This document shows positions 7,924-15,622 of a DNA stretch of 32,000 nucleotides, piece by piece. The translations under genes and the position numbers were made by a program. Under the pieces are notes generated by a model. It was given only the letters and a program-made list of their open reading frames with translations. It did no database searches and was not told the DNA's origin. Source of the stretch: an uncultured Actinomycetota bacterium (GTDB taxonomy: Bacteria; Actinomycetota; Actinomycetes; Mycobacteriales; Jatrophihabitantaceae); contig CAWIUB010000012.1 in assembly GCA_963839175.1 (NCBI GenBank), forward strand, positions 10,105 to 42,104, read 5' to 3'. How positions within the stretch are numbered: the stretch's first letter is position 1; each line of letters begins with the position of its first letter.

Positions 7924-8904
7924 ATGATCGTGCGAGCAGCGTGGATCCTCCCCATCGTCACCGCGCTGGCGGTCGTCATCGCGGGCTGCAACAGCTGGGC
8001 GGAGTCCGGCTCGTCGTCGATGACGCTTTACACCTGCGCGAGCGCCAACGTGGAGCAGACCCTGGTTACGGCGTTCGAGAAGGCGCACGACGCAGCGAAG
8101 GTGAACGTCTTCCGTGCGCCGACCGGACAGCTGAATGCGCGGGTCGCCGCGGATGCCCGCGCCGGAGGCCTGCAGGCCGACGTCATCTGGGCCTGCGATC
8201 CGCTGACGATGCACGGATACGACAGTCAGGGGTTGCTGCGGGAGTGGAGTCCGCCGAACGCATCCGGCATCCCGAGCGCCTATCGCACGCCGCACTTCAC
8301 CGGCATCGACCTGCTGTACATGGTCCTGGTTGTGCACAAGGGCGGGTCTGAGCCGACCAGCTGGGCGGACCTCGTCAAGCCCGAATACCGCGGTAAGGTT
8401 GCACTTCCGAGCCCGAGCTTCGCAGCCTCGGCACTGGGACTGCTCGGCTACTTCGCCTCGACCCCCGGCTACGGCGTGGACTACTACAAGCGGCTCAAGA
8501 GCAACGGGGCGGTGCAGCTCAACGCCCCGGCCGACACGCTGACGGGAGTCGAACAGGGCAGGTATACCGCAGGCTTCACGCTCGCGAATGCGGCTTACGC
8601 CGACCAGCGCAAAGGCTCGCCGATCGAGGTCATCTGGCCGCAGCCTGGGGCGGTCGCCATCTACGCCCCGATCGGCGTGACGACCAAGAAGCAGCTTTCC
8701 CCGCTGGCCGAGCAGTTCGCGTCGTACGCCGCCAGTACCACCGGTCAGAAGTCGATGGCGGCGCAGGGCACCTACGTGACGATCGCGGGCCTCGGCGGGC
8801 CGCCGATTCCCGCTGGTAGTCCGGTGGTCTCGCCCGACTGGCCGGCGCTGTTCGGCGGCTACAAGTCGGTGCTCGCCAGCTACAGAGCGATCTTCGGCGG
8901 CTGA
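7924..8904 (+). CDS. ABC transporter substrate-binding lipoprotein (Fe3+/thiamine-type SBP class, substrate unassigned)
   Basis: Signal peptide with lipobox VVIAGC. SBP pattern LYTCASANVEQTLVTAFEKAH..KVNVFRAPTGQL...ADVIWACDP. GGAAGG precedes ATG 7924. Confidence 0.8.
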   Translation: MIVRAAWILPIVTALAVVIAGCNSWAESGSSSMTLYTCASANVEQTLVTAFEKAHDAAKVNVFRAPTGQLNARVAADARAGGLQADVIWACDPLTMHGYDSQGLLREWSPPNASGIPSAYRTPHFTGIDLLYMVLVVHKGGSEPTSWADLVKPEYRGKVALPSPSFAASALGLLGYFASTPGYGVDYYKRLKSNGAVQLNAPADTLTGVEQGRYTAGFTLANAAYADQRKGSPIEVIWPQPGAVAIYAPIGVTTKKQLSPLAEQFASYAASTTGQKSMAAQGTYVTIAGLGGPPIPAGSPVVSPDWPALFGGYKSVLASYRAIFGG

Positions 8905-8908
8905 TGCG

Positions 8909-10573
8909 ATGCGTGGCCACAAGCTCATCCGCGTGCGCCCGGGCGAGCAAGCGCTTGGCGCGGTCACGCTGCTCGCGATCGTCGGACTGGTCGCCGTGCC
9001 GCTGTCCCGGCTCGTCTGGGTGGTGGTTCGCGAGGGCGGCTCGCCGGTCACCCGGGTGCTGCACGTCCCGGGCTTCGCGGCGGCGGCGGCCCATTCCCTG
9101 GAGCTGGCGCTGATTGTCCCGGTGCTCGCCGTCCCGCTCGGAACAGCAGTGGCGTTGCTGCTGCGCCGGACCGATGTGCCATGCCGCGGTCTGCTCCGTG
9201 TGGTCGTGCTATTGCCGCTGCTGATCCCGCAGTTCGTCCTCGGCTACAGCTGGACGCAGGCGTACGGGCGGGCCGGGTTCACCGACCACCTGGTGGGATT
9301 CACCTGGACCGGACTGAACGGCCCGGCCGGAATCGTCGTCGTGCTGGTCGTCGACGCCGTGCCGCTGAGCTACCTGCTGACCACGGCTGGATTGGCTGTT
9401 CGCGCGCAGCCGCAGCTGGAAAATGCGGCTCGGATCAGTGGGGCCGGAGGGTGGACCGCGGTGCGCACCGTGACCTTGCCGCTGCTGCGCCCGGTACTCG
9501 CGGCCGAGTTCGTCCTCATCTTCGTCGTGGCACTGGAGAGTTTCGCCGCGCCGCAGGTGCTCGGTGCACCTGCGGGATACGCGACGTTGACGACCCGGCT
9601 CTACGCAGACCTCGCGTTCGGGAGCGATCCTGGCGCGTTTCTCGACGCGGTCACGCTGGCGCTTACTCTCGTCCTGATCGCGGCTGTGCTTCTGATACCG
9701 GCCGACCTCGTCCTGGCTCCGCAACTGCGCTCCCGCCGCACCGCACGGCCGGCCGGCCCGGCGATGCCAGGCCCGCGTCGCACCGGTGCGGGGGTAGGTG
9801 CCGCGCTACTGGGCCTGTACGCCCTGCTGGCCGTCTTGCTGCCGACCGCCGCATTGGTCGCTGCGGCACTGACCCGCGCGATCGGGCTGCCGCCGACGCC
9901 GGCAAACTGGACTATCGACAACTTCCGGGTCGCCCTGGATGCACCGACGCGCGAAGCCCTGACACACAGCCTGCAGCTCGCGGTGCTGGCCGCACTGCTG
10001 CTCATGCTGATGGGCGCCATCCTGACAACACTCGAACGGCACCGATCGGGTCGGGTCCTCGGCACGCTCATCGTGCTGGCGTTCGCGGTGCCGGGCTCGG
10101 CCCTTGCCGTCGGCCTGCTCATCGCCTACGAGCGCCGCCTCGGCGGCACGCTGACGTTGATCTTGCTCGCGTACCTCGCCAAGTTCTGGGCGCTCGCGCA
10201 TCGGACGATTTCCGGCGCGGTCGATCGGCTGCCGGCCGGTGAGTGGCAGGCAGCACGCGTCAGCGGCGCGGGGCCCGTCGTGGCGGTGCGGACGGTATGG
10301 CTGCCCGCGCTGGCGCCCGCACTCGTCGGTGCCTGGGTGCTCGTCTTCGTCTCGTCCCTGCACGAGCTGACCATGTCAAGCCTGCTGTATTCGCAGGGCA
10401 GCGAGACGTTCGCGGTCGCCGTGCTGAACAGTCAGGAACTCGGCGACACAGCATCGACTGCCGCCCTGTCCGTGACGCTGACGGCGATACTGCTCGCCAT
10501 CGCGGGGGCGGGCTGGCTGCTGCTGCGGTCGAGCCTCCGCCTGACGCGGCTGGAGGCGGACCATGCCCGCTGA
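8909..10573 (+). CDS. ABC transporter permease, fused double-domain (FbpB/ThiP-like)
   Basis: 554 aa, very hydrophobic, two repeated permease halves. Starts 5 nt after the SBP stop. Confidence 0.8.
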   Translation: MRGHKLIRVRPGEQALGAVTLLAIVGLVAVPLSRLVWVVVREGGSPVTRVLHVPGFAAAAAHSLELALIVPVLAVPLGTAVALLLRRTDVPCRGLLRVVVLLPLLIPQFVLGYSWTQAYGRAGFTDHLVGFTWTGLNGPAGIVVVLVVDAVPLSYLLTTAGLAVRAQPQLENAARISGAGGWTAVRTVTLPLLRPVLAAEFVLIFVVALESFAAPQVLGAPAGYATLTTRLYADLAFGSDPGAFLDAVTLALTLVLIAAVLLIPADLVLAPQLRSRRTARPAGPAMPGPRRTGAGVGAALLGLYALLAVLLPTAALVAAALTRAIGLPPTPANWTIDNFRVALDAPTREALTHSLQLAVLAALLLMLMGAILTTLERHRSGRVLGTLIVLAFAVPGSALAVGLLIAYERRLGGTLTLILLAYLAKFWALAHRTISGAVDRLPAGEWQAARVSGAGPVVAVRTVWLPALAPALVGAWVLVFVSSLHELTMSSLLYSQGSETFAVAVLNSQELGDTASTAALSVTLTAILLAIAGAGWLLLRSSLRLTRLEADHAR

Positions 10574-11696
10574 CGGGATCTCCGCGGGCGGCCACACCCT
10601 GCGTTGCGAGGGACTGGGGGTCAACTATTCCGGTGTCCCGGCGATCGACGGCGTGGACATGACGGTCGGCCGCGGGGAGATCGTCGCCCTGCTCGGCGCA
10701 TCCGGCTCGGGCAAATCCAGTCTCCTGCATGCCATCGCCGGCATCGTGCACCTGTCGGCTGGTGAGATCTGGCTGGCCGGCCGTCGCGTGGCTACGGCGC
10801 GCCACAGCACCCCGCCGGAGCGACGTGACGTCGGCCTGGTGTTCCAGGACTTCGCGCTGTGGCCGCATCTGAACGCGCTCGACACGGTCGCATACCCGCT
10901 CCGCCGGGCCAGGCGCAGCCAGCGGGATGCGCGGGCGGCCGCCCGGACGCTGCTCGATCGCCTCGACATCGGCGACCTCGCCGGTCGCCGCCCGGCGCAG
11001 CTGTCCGGCGGGCAGCAGCAACGCGTCGGCCTCGCTCGTGCGCTCGCGCGTGACCCGCAGCTCTTCCTGCTGGACGAGCCGACTGCCCATCTGGACACAC
11101 ACCTGCGGGCAGCGTTCCAGGAGTCGGTTCGCGACCGGCAGGCCGAGACGGGTGCCGCAGTGCTCTACGCGACACACGACGCCGGCGAGGCGCTCGCCCT
11201 CGCCGACCGGGTCGCGCTGATCGTCGACGGCCGGTTGCTCCAGATCGCGTCGCCTGAGGTCGTGTACGGCGAGCCGGCGAGTGTCGCGACCGGTGTGCTG
11301 ACCGGCGCCTGCACAGTGCTGTCCGCATGGGTCGGCCCCTTCTCGTCGAGAAAGCTGTCGATCGACCTGGGCGACGGGCCGGTTGCGGTGCCCGGGGGCG
11401 GTGCGGTCGGTCGGGACGTGCAGCCGCGCCGGGTGTTGCTGCGTCCGGACTGGGTTGGCGCCGATGGGCCGCTGCGCGGGCGGGTTATCGCACGCGGATT
11501 CCGCGGCCCGCACACCGACTACCGCCTGGACACGGCGGGCGGGCCGGTTGCGCTGCAGCTGCCCGGCTTGCCGCAGTATGCCGTAGGGGACGCAATCGCG
11601 TGGGGCATTCGGCATGCCTGGGTGCTGCCCGACGACGAGCCGGACGCCCGGCCCGGCGATGCCACGGCAGCGCAGGAGCTCAGCCCAGCGCAGTGA
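10563..11696 (+). CDS. ABC transporter ATP-binding protein (FbpC/PotA-like, with C-terminal regulatory domain)
   Basis: Walker A GASGSGKSS, signature LSGGQQQRVGLARAL, Walker B LFLLDEP, H-loop ATHD. Overlaps the permease 3' end by 11 nt. Confidence 0.9.
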   Translation: MPADGISAGGHTLRCEGLGVNYSGVPAIDGVDMTVGRGEIVALLGASGSGKSSLLHAIAGIVHLSAGEIWLAGRRVATARHSTPPERRDVGLVFQDFALWPHLNALDTVAYPLRRARRSQRDARAAARTLLDRLDIGDLAGRRPAQLSGGQQQRVGLARALARDPQLFLLDEPTAHLDTHLRAAFQESVRDRQAETGAAVLYATHDAGEALALADRVALIVDGRLLQIASPEVVYGEPASVATGVLTGACTVLSAWVGPFSSRKLSIDLGDGPVAVPGGGAVGRDVQPRRVLLRPDWVGADGPLRGRVIARGFRGPHTDYRLDTAGGPVALQLPGLPQYAVGDAIAWGIRHAWVLPDDEPDARPGDATAAQELSPAQ

Positions 11697-12501
11697 TCGC
11701 GGCCGGATGGTCAAGGCGATCGTTGACCAGGTCCAGATGCAGGCGGGTGTAGTGCCGCAACCCAGCGAGCTGCCGCAGGGTGAGCCGGTCGCACACCCAC
11801 TCCCAGTGCATCGACACACAGTCGCCGACGGCGAATTCGGGGACCAGCCCGACGCCGTTCAGCGTGCGCTCGACGGTCTCGAGCCGCGGCTGGCCGAGGA
11901 ACAACCGGCCGTGCTCGAACAGCAGCGGCTGCGACTCGACGCCGAGCTGATCGGGCAGCACCTGGCGCACCTGCCCCCACCGGACCCGGCAGCGGTCGAG
12001 AACCATCAGCGCCTGCTCGTGGCGGCGGTCGTCGCCGAGCAGGCCGACCCACGGGTAGACGCAGAACACGTGGTAGCTGTGATGCGGCATGCCACCCGCG
12101 ACAACCGCCTCGGCGAGGTTGGTGAACTGCCGGCCGGTGAGCAGCCGGAACCGGTCGTCCATGGAGGCGCCGAGTGGACCGGCGCCGACCAGGTCGAGCA
12201 ACCGGTTGCCGACCCAGTACGCCTCGACCACCCGCCGATCGAGTGGGTCGGGCACTCCGGTGGCGGACGCGATCAGCTCAAGGTATGGCCATGCTCCGGC
12301 GAACTGGCGTGTCAGGTGACGCAGGCCCGCGTCGACAGTGGCGCTGGCGCCGTACTCGAACAGGCTCTGCGAGTCCGCGGGACCACAGGCGCCGCGGTGG
12401 TTCGGTGGGAAGGCGTACCGCACGAACATGATTGGCCCGGGCACCGCGTCCGGGGCGGCGGCGCCGGTTCGTGGTTGTTCCTGCAGCCCGCTGACCGTCA
12501 C
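11680..12501 (-). CDS. conserved hypothetical Cys/His-rich protein coupled to hypC (possibly the actinobacterial DUF6390 family; recalled, unverified)
   Basis: Coding-looking frame with motifs YAFPPNHRGACGP, MPHHSYHVFCVYPW, GDCVSMHWEWVCDRL. GTG 12501 overlaps the hypC TGA (GTGA). ATG 12429 (MFVRYAFPPN...) is an alternative start. The track extension to 12759 is rejected because it overlaps hypC. Confidence 0.6.
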   Translation of the reverse strand: MTVSGLQEQPRTGAAAPDAVPGPIMFVRYAFPPNHRGACGPADSQSLFEYGASATVDAGLRHLTRQFAGAWPYLELIASATGVPDPLDRRVVEAYWVGNRLLDLVGAGPLGASMDDRFRLLTGRQFTNLAEAVVAGGMPHHSYHVFCVYPWVGLLGDDRRHEQALMVLDRCRVRWGQVRQVLPDQLGVESQPLLFEHGRLFLGQPRLETVERTLNGVGLVPEFAVGDCVSMHWEWVCDRLTLRQLAGLRHYTRLHLDLVNDRLDHPAAITALG

Positions 12502-12734
12502 GACGGCCAACCGGTCGCGTCGTCGTCCTGGAACACCGCGAGCGCGTCGCGTGCCTCCTCGGCGGTCATCCGCTCGAGTGCGAACCCGCTGTGGATCAGG
12601 ACGTGGTCGCCGGGTGCGAGCGGGCCGTCCAGGAACAGCACGTTGATCTCGCGGATGACACCGGCCACGTCGACCTGCGCCAGGTCGGCGCCCGGCGCGA
12701 TGTCGACGATCCGACCGGGGATGCCGAGGCACAT
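12498..12734 (-). CDS. hypC: HypC/HupF-family metallocentre assembly chaperone
   Basis: Canonical N-terminus MCLGIPGRIV, then GDHVLIHSGFALERM. Start trimmed to ATG 12734 so that Cys2 is N-terminal. Confidence 0.85.
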   Translation of the reverse strand: MCLGIPGRIVDIAPGADLAQVDVAGVIREINVLFLDGPLAPGDHVLIHSGFALERMTAEEARDALAVFQDDDATGWPS

Positions 12735-12769
12735 GTCGCTCCGCCCTCTCAGCGGCCACACCTGCTGCA

Positions 12770-12783
12770 CGATATCGATATCG
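12770..12783. promoter_or_regulatory. perfect 14-bp AT-rich palindrome CGATATCGATATCG in the hypB-hypC spacer
   Basis: Read directly; it is self-complementary. Lies 36 nt upstream of the hypC ATG in a 73-bp spacer. Confidence 0.3.
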
Positions 12784-12807
12784 ATGCGCAGCCGAGCCTA
12801 CTGCCGA

Positions 12808-13590
12808 CTATCGCGGTTCCTCCCGCCGCCGTTTCGACAGCTGGGTGTGCAGCCAGTCGCACCACTCGTCCACCCCGGCGCAGGTGCGGGCGCTGACCTC
12901 GATCGTCGTGGCGTCGGGATTAACGGCCCGCAGGTTGGCGCGGAAGGCGCCGAGGTCGAAGTCCAGATGCGGCAGCAGGTCTATCTTGTTGATGAGCACG
13001 AGGTCGACGGACCGGAACATGACCGGGTACTTGAGCGGCTTGTCCTCGCCCTCGGTGATCGCGTAGACCATCGCCCGGGCGTGTTCGCCGATGTCGAACT
13101 CGGCGGGGCAAACCAAGTTGCCGACGTTCTCGATCAGCACGAGGTCGAGCTCGGCGAGCGGGAGACGGGGGAGCGCGGAACGCACCATTGGTGCGTCGAG
13201 GTGGCACTCGCCGCCGAATCCGTTGCCTGTGTTGACGAGGGTGATCGCCGCGCCGAAGCCGGCCAGCCGGTCCGCGTCCAGGCTCGTTTCGATGTCGCCC
13301 TCGACCACGCCGATGCGCACTGACCCGGTCAGCCGGCGCAACGTCTCGACCAGCAGCGTCGTCTTGCCCGCGCCGGGGGAGGACATCAGGTTGATCGCGC
13401 ACACCCCATTTACTGCGAAGTCGGCGCGGTTTTGCGAGGCGGTGCGGTCGTTCTCGCCGAAGATGCGCTCGAGGACCTCGATGCGCTCGCTGCCGGTTTG
13501 GTAGCCGGAATGATCAGCGAGGTCGTGGTGCTGCTCGTGCGCGTGCACCGTCCCGTCCTCATGTCGATGGAAGCGGCCCACAGCGCTCAC
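12808..13590 (-). CDS. hypB: HypB nickel-incorporation GTPase
   Basis: His-rich N-terminus (7 His in the first 30 aa), P-loop SSPGAGKTTLL, ENVGNLVCPAEFD, NKIDLL. GTG 13590 overlaps the hypA TGA (GTGA). Confidence 0.9.
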   Translation of the reverse strand: MSAVGRFHRHEDGTVHAHEQHHDLADHSGYQTGSERIEVLERIFGENDRTASQNRADFAVNGVCAINLMSSPGAGKTTLLVETLRRLTGSVRIGVVEGDIETSLDADRLAGFGAAITLVNTGNGFGGECHLDAPMVRSALPRLPLAELDLVLIENVGNLVCPAEFDIGEHARAMVYAITEGEDKPLKYPVMFRSVDLVLINKIDLLPHLDFDLGAFRANLRAVNPDATTIEVSARTCAGVDEWCDWLHTQLSKRRREEPR

Positions 13591-13928
13591 ACTTTCGCAA
13601 GGTCGAGCGCGGTGATCAGGAATTCCTCGCCGGACACGACCGATACGTTGACGCTGTCACAGGCGCTGCAGACGACGACCGGGAAGTCGCCGATGTCGGT
13701 GGTCTGCCCACAGTCACGGCACGCGACGCGTGCGGGCACGATCTCGACCTCGAGTACTGACCCGCCGAGCTCGGTGTCGGCGGCCGCGAGTGACCAGCAG
13801 TACTCGAGGGTGTCCGGCACGACCTGCCGAAGCTGCCCGATCCGCACGTGGATCGCCTCGACTGGGCGCTGCGCGGCATGCCGCGTGACGATGTTGGCGA
13901 TCGATCCGCAGATCGAGAGCTCGTGCAC
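13587..13928 (-). CDS. hypA: HypA nickel metallochaperone
   Basis: N-terminal M-H-E nickel motif (GTG start), zinc site CRDC-x13-CSAC, 113 aa. GAGGA lies 5 nt upstream of the start. Confidence 0.85.
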   Translation of the reverse strand: MHELSICGSIANIVTRHAAQRPVEAIHVRIGQLRQVVPDTLEYCWSLAAADTELGGSVLEVEIVPARVACRDCGQTTDIGDFPVVVCSACDSVNVSVVSGEEFLITALDLAKV

Positions 13929-13951
13929 GGCTGTCCTCGCTCACTCCAGTA

Positions 13952-13967
13952 TCTGCGAGTTCGCAGA
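13952..13967. promoter_or_regulatory. palindrome TCTGCGA-gt-TCGCAGA, 24 nt upstream of the hypA start
   Basis: Perfect 7-bp arms with a 2-nt spacer, read directly. A 2-nt loop is too small for an RNA hairpin, so a protein operator is more plausible. Confidence 0.3.
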
Positions 13968-14008
13968 CCGTACCGCGCGCTCCCGCGCTGTTCGCAAGGT
14001 TTCCGGGC

Positions 14009-14053
14009 GAGGAGCCGCCTGATGCCCACGGGGGAAGGCAGAGGCGGCTCCTC
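14009..14053. other. 11-bp perfect-stem hairpin (GAGGAGCCGCC / GGCGGCTCCTC, 23-nt loop) between hypA and vapC
   Basis: Read directly. No U-tract on either strand, so its function is unclear (possibly a hypA 5' leader element or vapBC 3' end). Confidence 0.3.
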
Positions 14054-14299
14054 TTAATGATGACTCTACGCTGTCAACCCAATACCTCAAGCTGATGTGA
14101 GCTGTGAATCGTCCGCACGAATTGGCAAATCCCTTCGAGTGTGCCAGGCTGCTGGACGGTCTGGCGTCACGCTCCGTGTCTGCAGAGACGGGGGTCCGCA
14201 GAGCCGGTGGGCGGCCAGCGCAAGTGTGAACCGACAGCGTGGAACGGCCGTGCCAGAAATGGTGCGGCCGCTGCACGCTAACCGCGCAGTCGTCCTGCG

Positions 14300-14725
14300 C
14301 TACGCCAGGCGAAGTCGCTCGGCGGGCTGCTGGGTTAGCTCGGCGATCAACTCAAAGTCCTTGTCGACGTGAAGCAAGCAGAGCCCGGCGAGCTCAGCGA
14401 TCGCCGCGATCATCAGGTCCGGGACGGACGGCGCTCGATGGTGGCCTCGCCCTGCCAACAGTTCTTGGACTTCAACGGCTCTGGCCTCAATCCTCGGTGT
14501 CGCGTTCTCAACCGGCATCGCTGAGACGGGCGGCCTGCGCAGCCTTGCGCGAAGATCATCAGCCGACCTCGCAGAAAACCCGACTTCCAGGATTGTGACC
14601 GTAGCGACACGCACAAGTCCCCGATGAATGCGCGAGATCCAATCGGAGGCGTCAGGGCTTTCACTCAGCCGGATAAGCGCGGACTTGTCGATGAGCCAAC
14701 AGTGTGCTTCGACGGCGCGAGTCAC
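14300..14725 (-). CDS. vapC: VapC PIN-domain toxin (type II TA)
   Basis: PIN acidic residues in [33 protein letters not shown] 14725 overlaps the antitoxin TGA (GTGA). Confidence 0.8.
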   Translation of the reverse strand: MTRAVEAHCWLIDKSALIRLSESPDASDWISRIHRGLVRVATVTILEVGFSARSADDLRARLRRPPVSAMPVENATPRIEARAVEVQELLAGRGHHRAPSVPDLMIAAIAELAGLCLLHVDKDFELIAELTQQPAERLRLA

Positions 14726-14943
14726 TTCCAGGCCTGCTGCATGACCTCGGGGTCGGTCAGATCACTGAAGGTGTCGGCGAACCACCGCAGGTCGTCCATG
14801 CTGACCGTGGTCGTCGAGCGCCGCGCATCCTGGACGAGCTTTCGACGCAGATATTCGTTCCGGGACAGACCGAGCCTCGCGGCATGTGAGTCAATGGCGC
14901 CGAGGACGTCGTCCGGAACGTCGCGGATCAGGACATCGGACAT
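14722..14943 (-). CDS. vapB: ribbon-helix-helix antitoxin (VapB/FitA-like)
   Basis: [36 protein letters not shown] is a typical RHH N-terminus. Strong SD GGAGGTG lies 4 nt before ATG 14943. Confidence 0.75.
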   Translation of the reverse strand: MSDVLIRDVPDDVLGAIDSHAARLGLSRNEYLRRKLVQDARRSTTTVSMDDLRWFADTFSDLTDPEVMQQAWK

Positions 14944-15622
14944 CGGGCACCTCCATCGCGATATCTGATGCTATCACCGTGTCGGAGTTGCACCGAGTCA
15001 CTGCACTGCAGCCTGGCTGAGACGCACGGCGGATCCGCAGGCCATCGAACGCCACCGTGCAGATGCTGTCCGCAAGACGGTCCGGATCGGTCGGGCCGCC
15101 GGGGCGGTACCACTCGGCGATCGAGTTCACCATGCCGAACAGCAGCCGCGCGGTCGCAGCCGGGTCGATGTCCGGCCGGATATCGCCGTCGCCTTCGGCC
15201 TCTTTGACCAGGTCAGCCACCAGCCGGTCGAAGTGCCGCCGCCGCTGCAGCGCCCGGCGCTCCACCTCGGTGTTCCCGCGAATTCGCAGCAGCAGGGTGA
15301 CGTACGGCAGCCGCTCGACGAGCACCTGCACGCTCGCGCGCACCAGGTGCTCCAGGCGGGCGATGGCCGGCTCGTCGAGCGAGCGGGTCTGCGCCGCAAC
15401 CGCGAACAAGCCGTCGAGTGCTCGGTCCACCGCGCGGCGCAGCAGCTCCTGCTTGCTGTCGACATGGTGGTAGATGGCCGACTTGGTGACGCCGAGGCGC
15501 CGGGCGAGGTCCTCCATGCTCGTGCCGTCGTAGCCGCGTTCATTGAAGACCTCGACTGCAACGGTGAGCAGGGACTCTGCGTCGTAGCCGGGTCGGCCCC
15601 GGCCACGCGTCGAGCCCGTCAC
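14891..15622 (-). CDS. TetR-family regulator (PaaR-like by context)
   Basis: HTH TSMEDLARRLGVTKSAIYHHVDSKQELL. GTG 15622 overlaps the paaI TGA (GTGA). The track extension to 15829 is rejected because it overlaps paaI. The C-terminal tail runs 53 nt into vapB. Confidence 0.8.
   Translation of the reverse strand: MTGSTRGRGRPGYDAESLLTVAVEVFNERGYDGTSMEDLARRLGVTKSAIYHHVDSKQELLRRAVDRALDGLFAVAAQTRSLDEPAIARLEHLVRASVQVLVERLPYVTLLLRIRGNTEVERRALQRRRHFDRLVADLVKEAEGDGDIRPDIDPAATARLLFGMVNSIAEWYRPGGPTDPDRLADSICTVAFDGLRIRRASQPGCSAVTRCNSDTVIASDIAMEVPDVRCPDPRRSGRRPRRH

Noticed and set aside
13951-13962. 12-mer ATCTGCGAGTTC shared between the hypA upstream palindrome and the DivIVA coding region (6921-6932)
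   Set aside because: A single 12-nt match within 32 kb (both strands) is expected by chance. The second copy is inside a coding region and lacks the palindromic partner.
13929-15010. vapBC region as part of a larger mobile element or defence island
   Set aside because: No integrase, transposase, tRNA target, terminal inverted repeats or flanking direct repeats were found. Only the low-GC signature and the TA pair support horizontal origin, so I report it as a simple cassette insertion.
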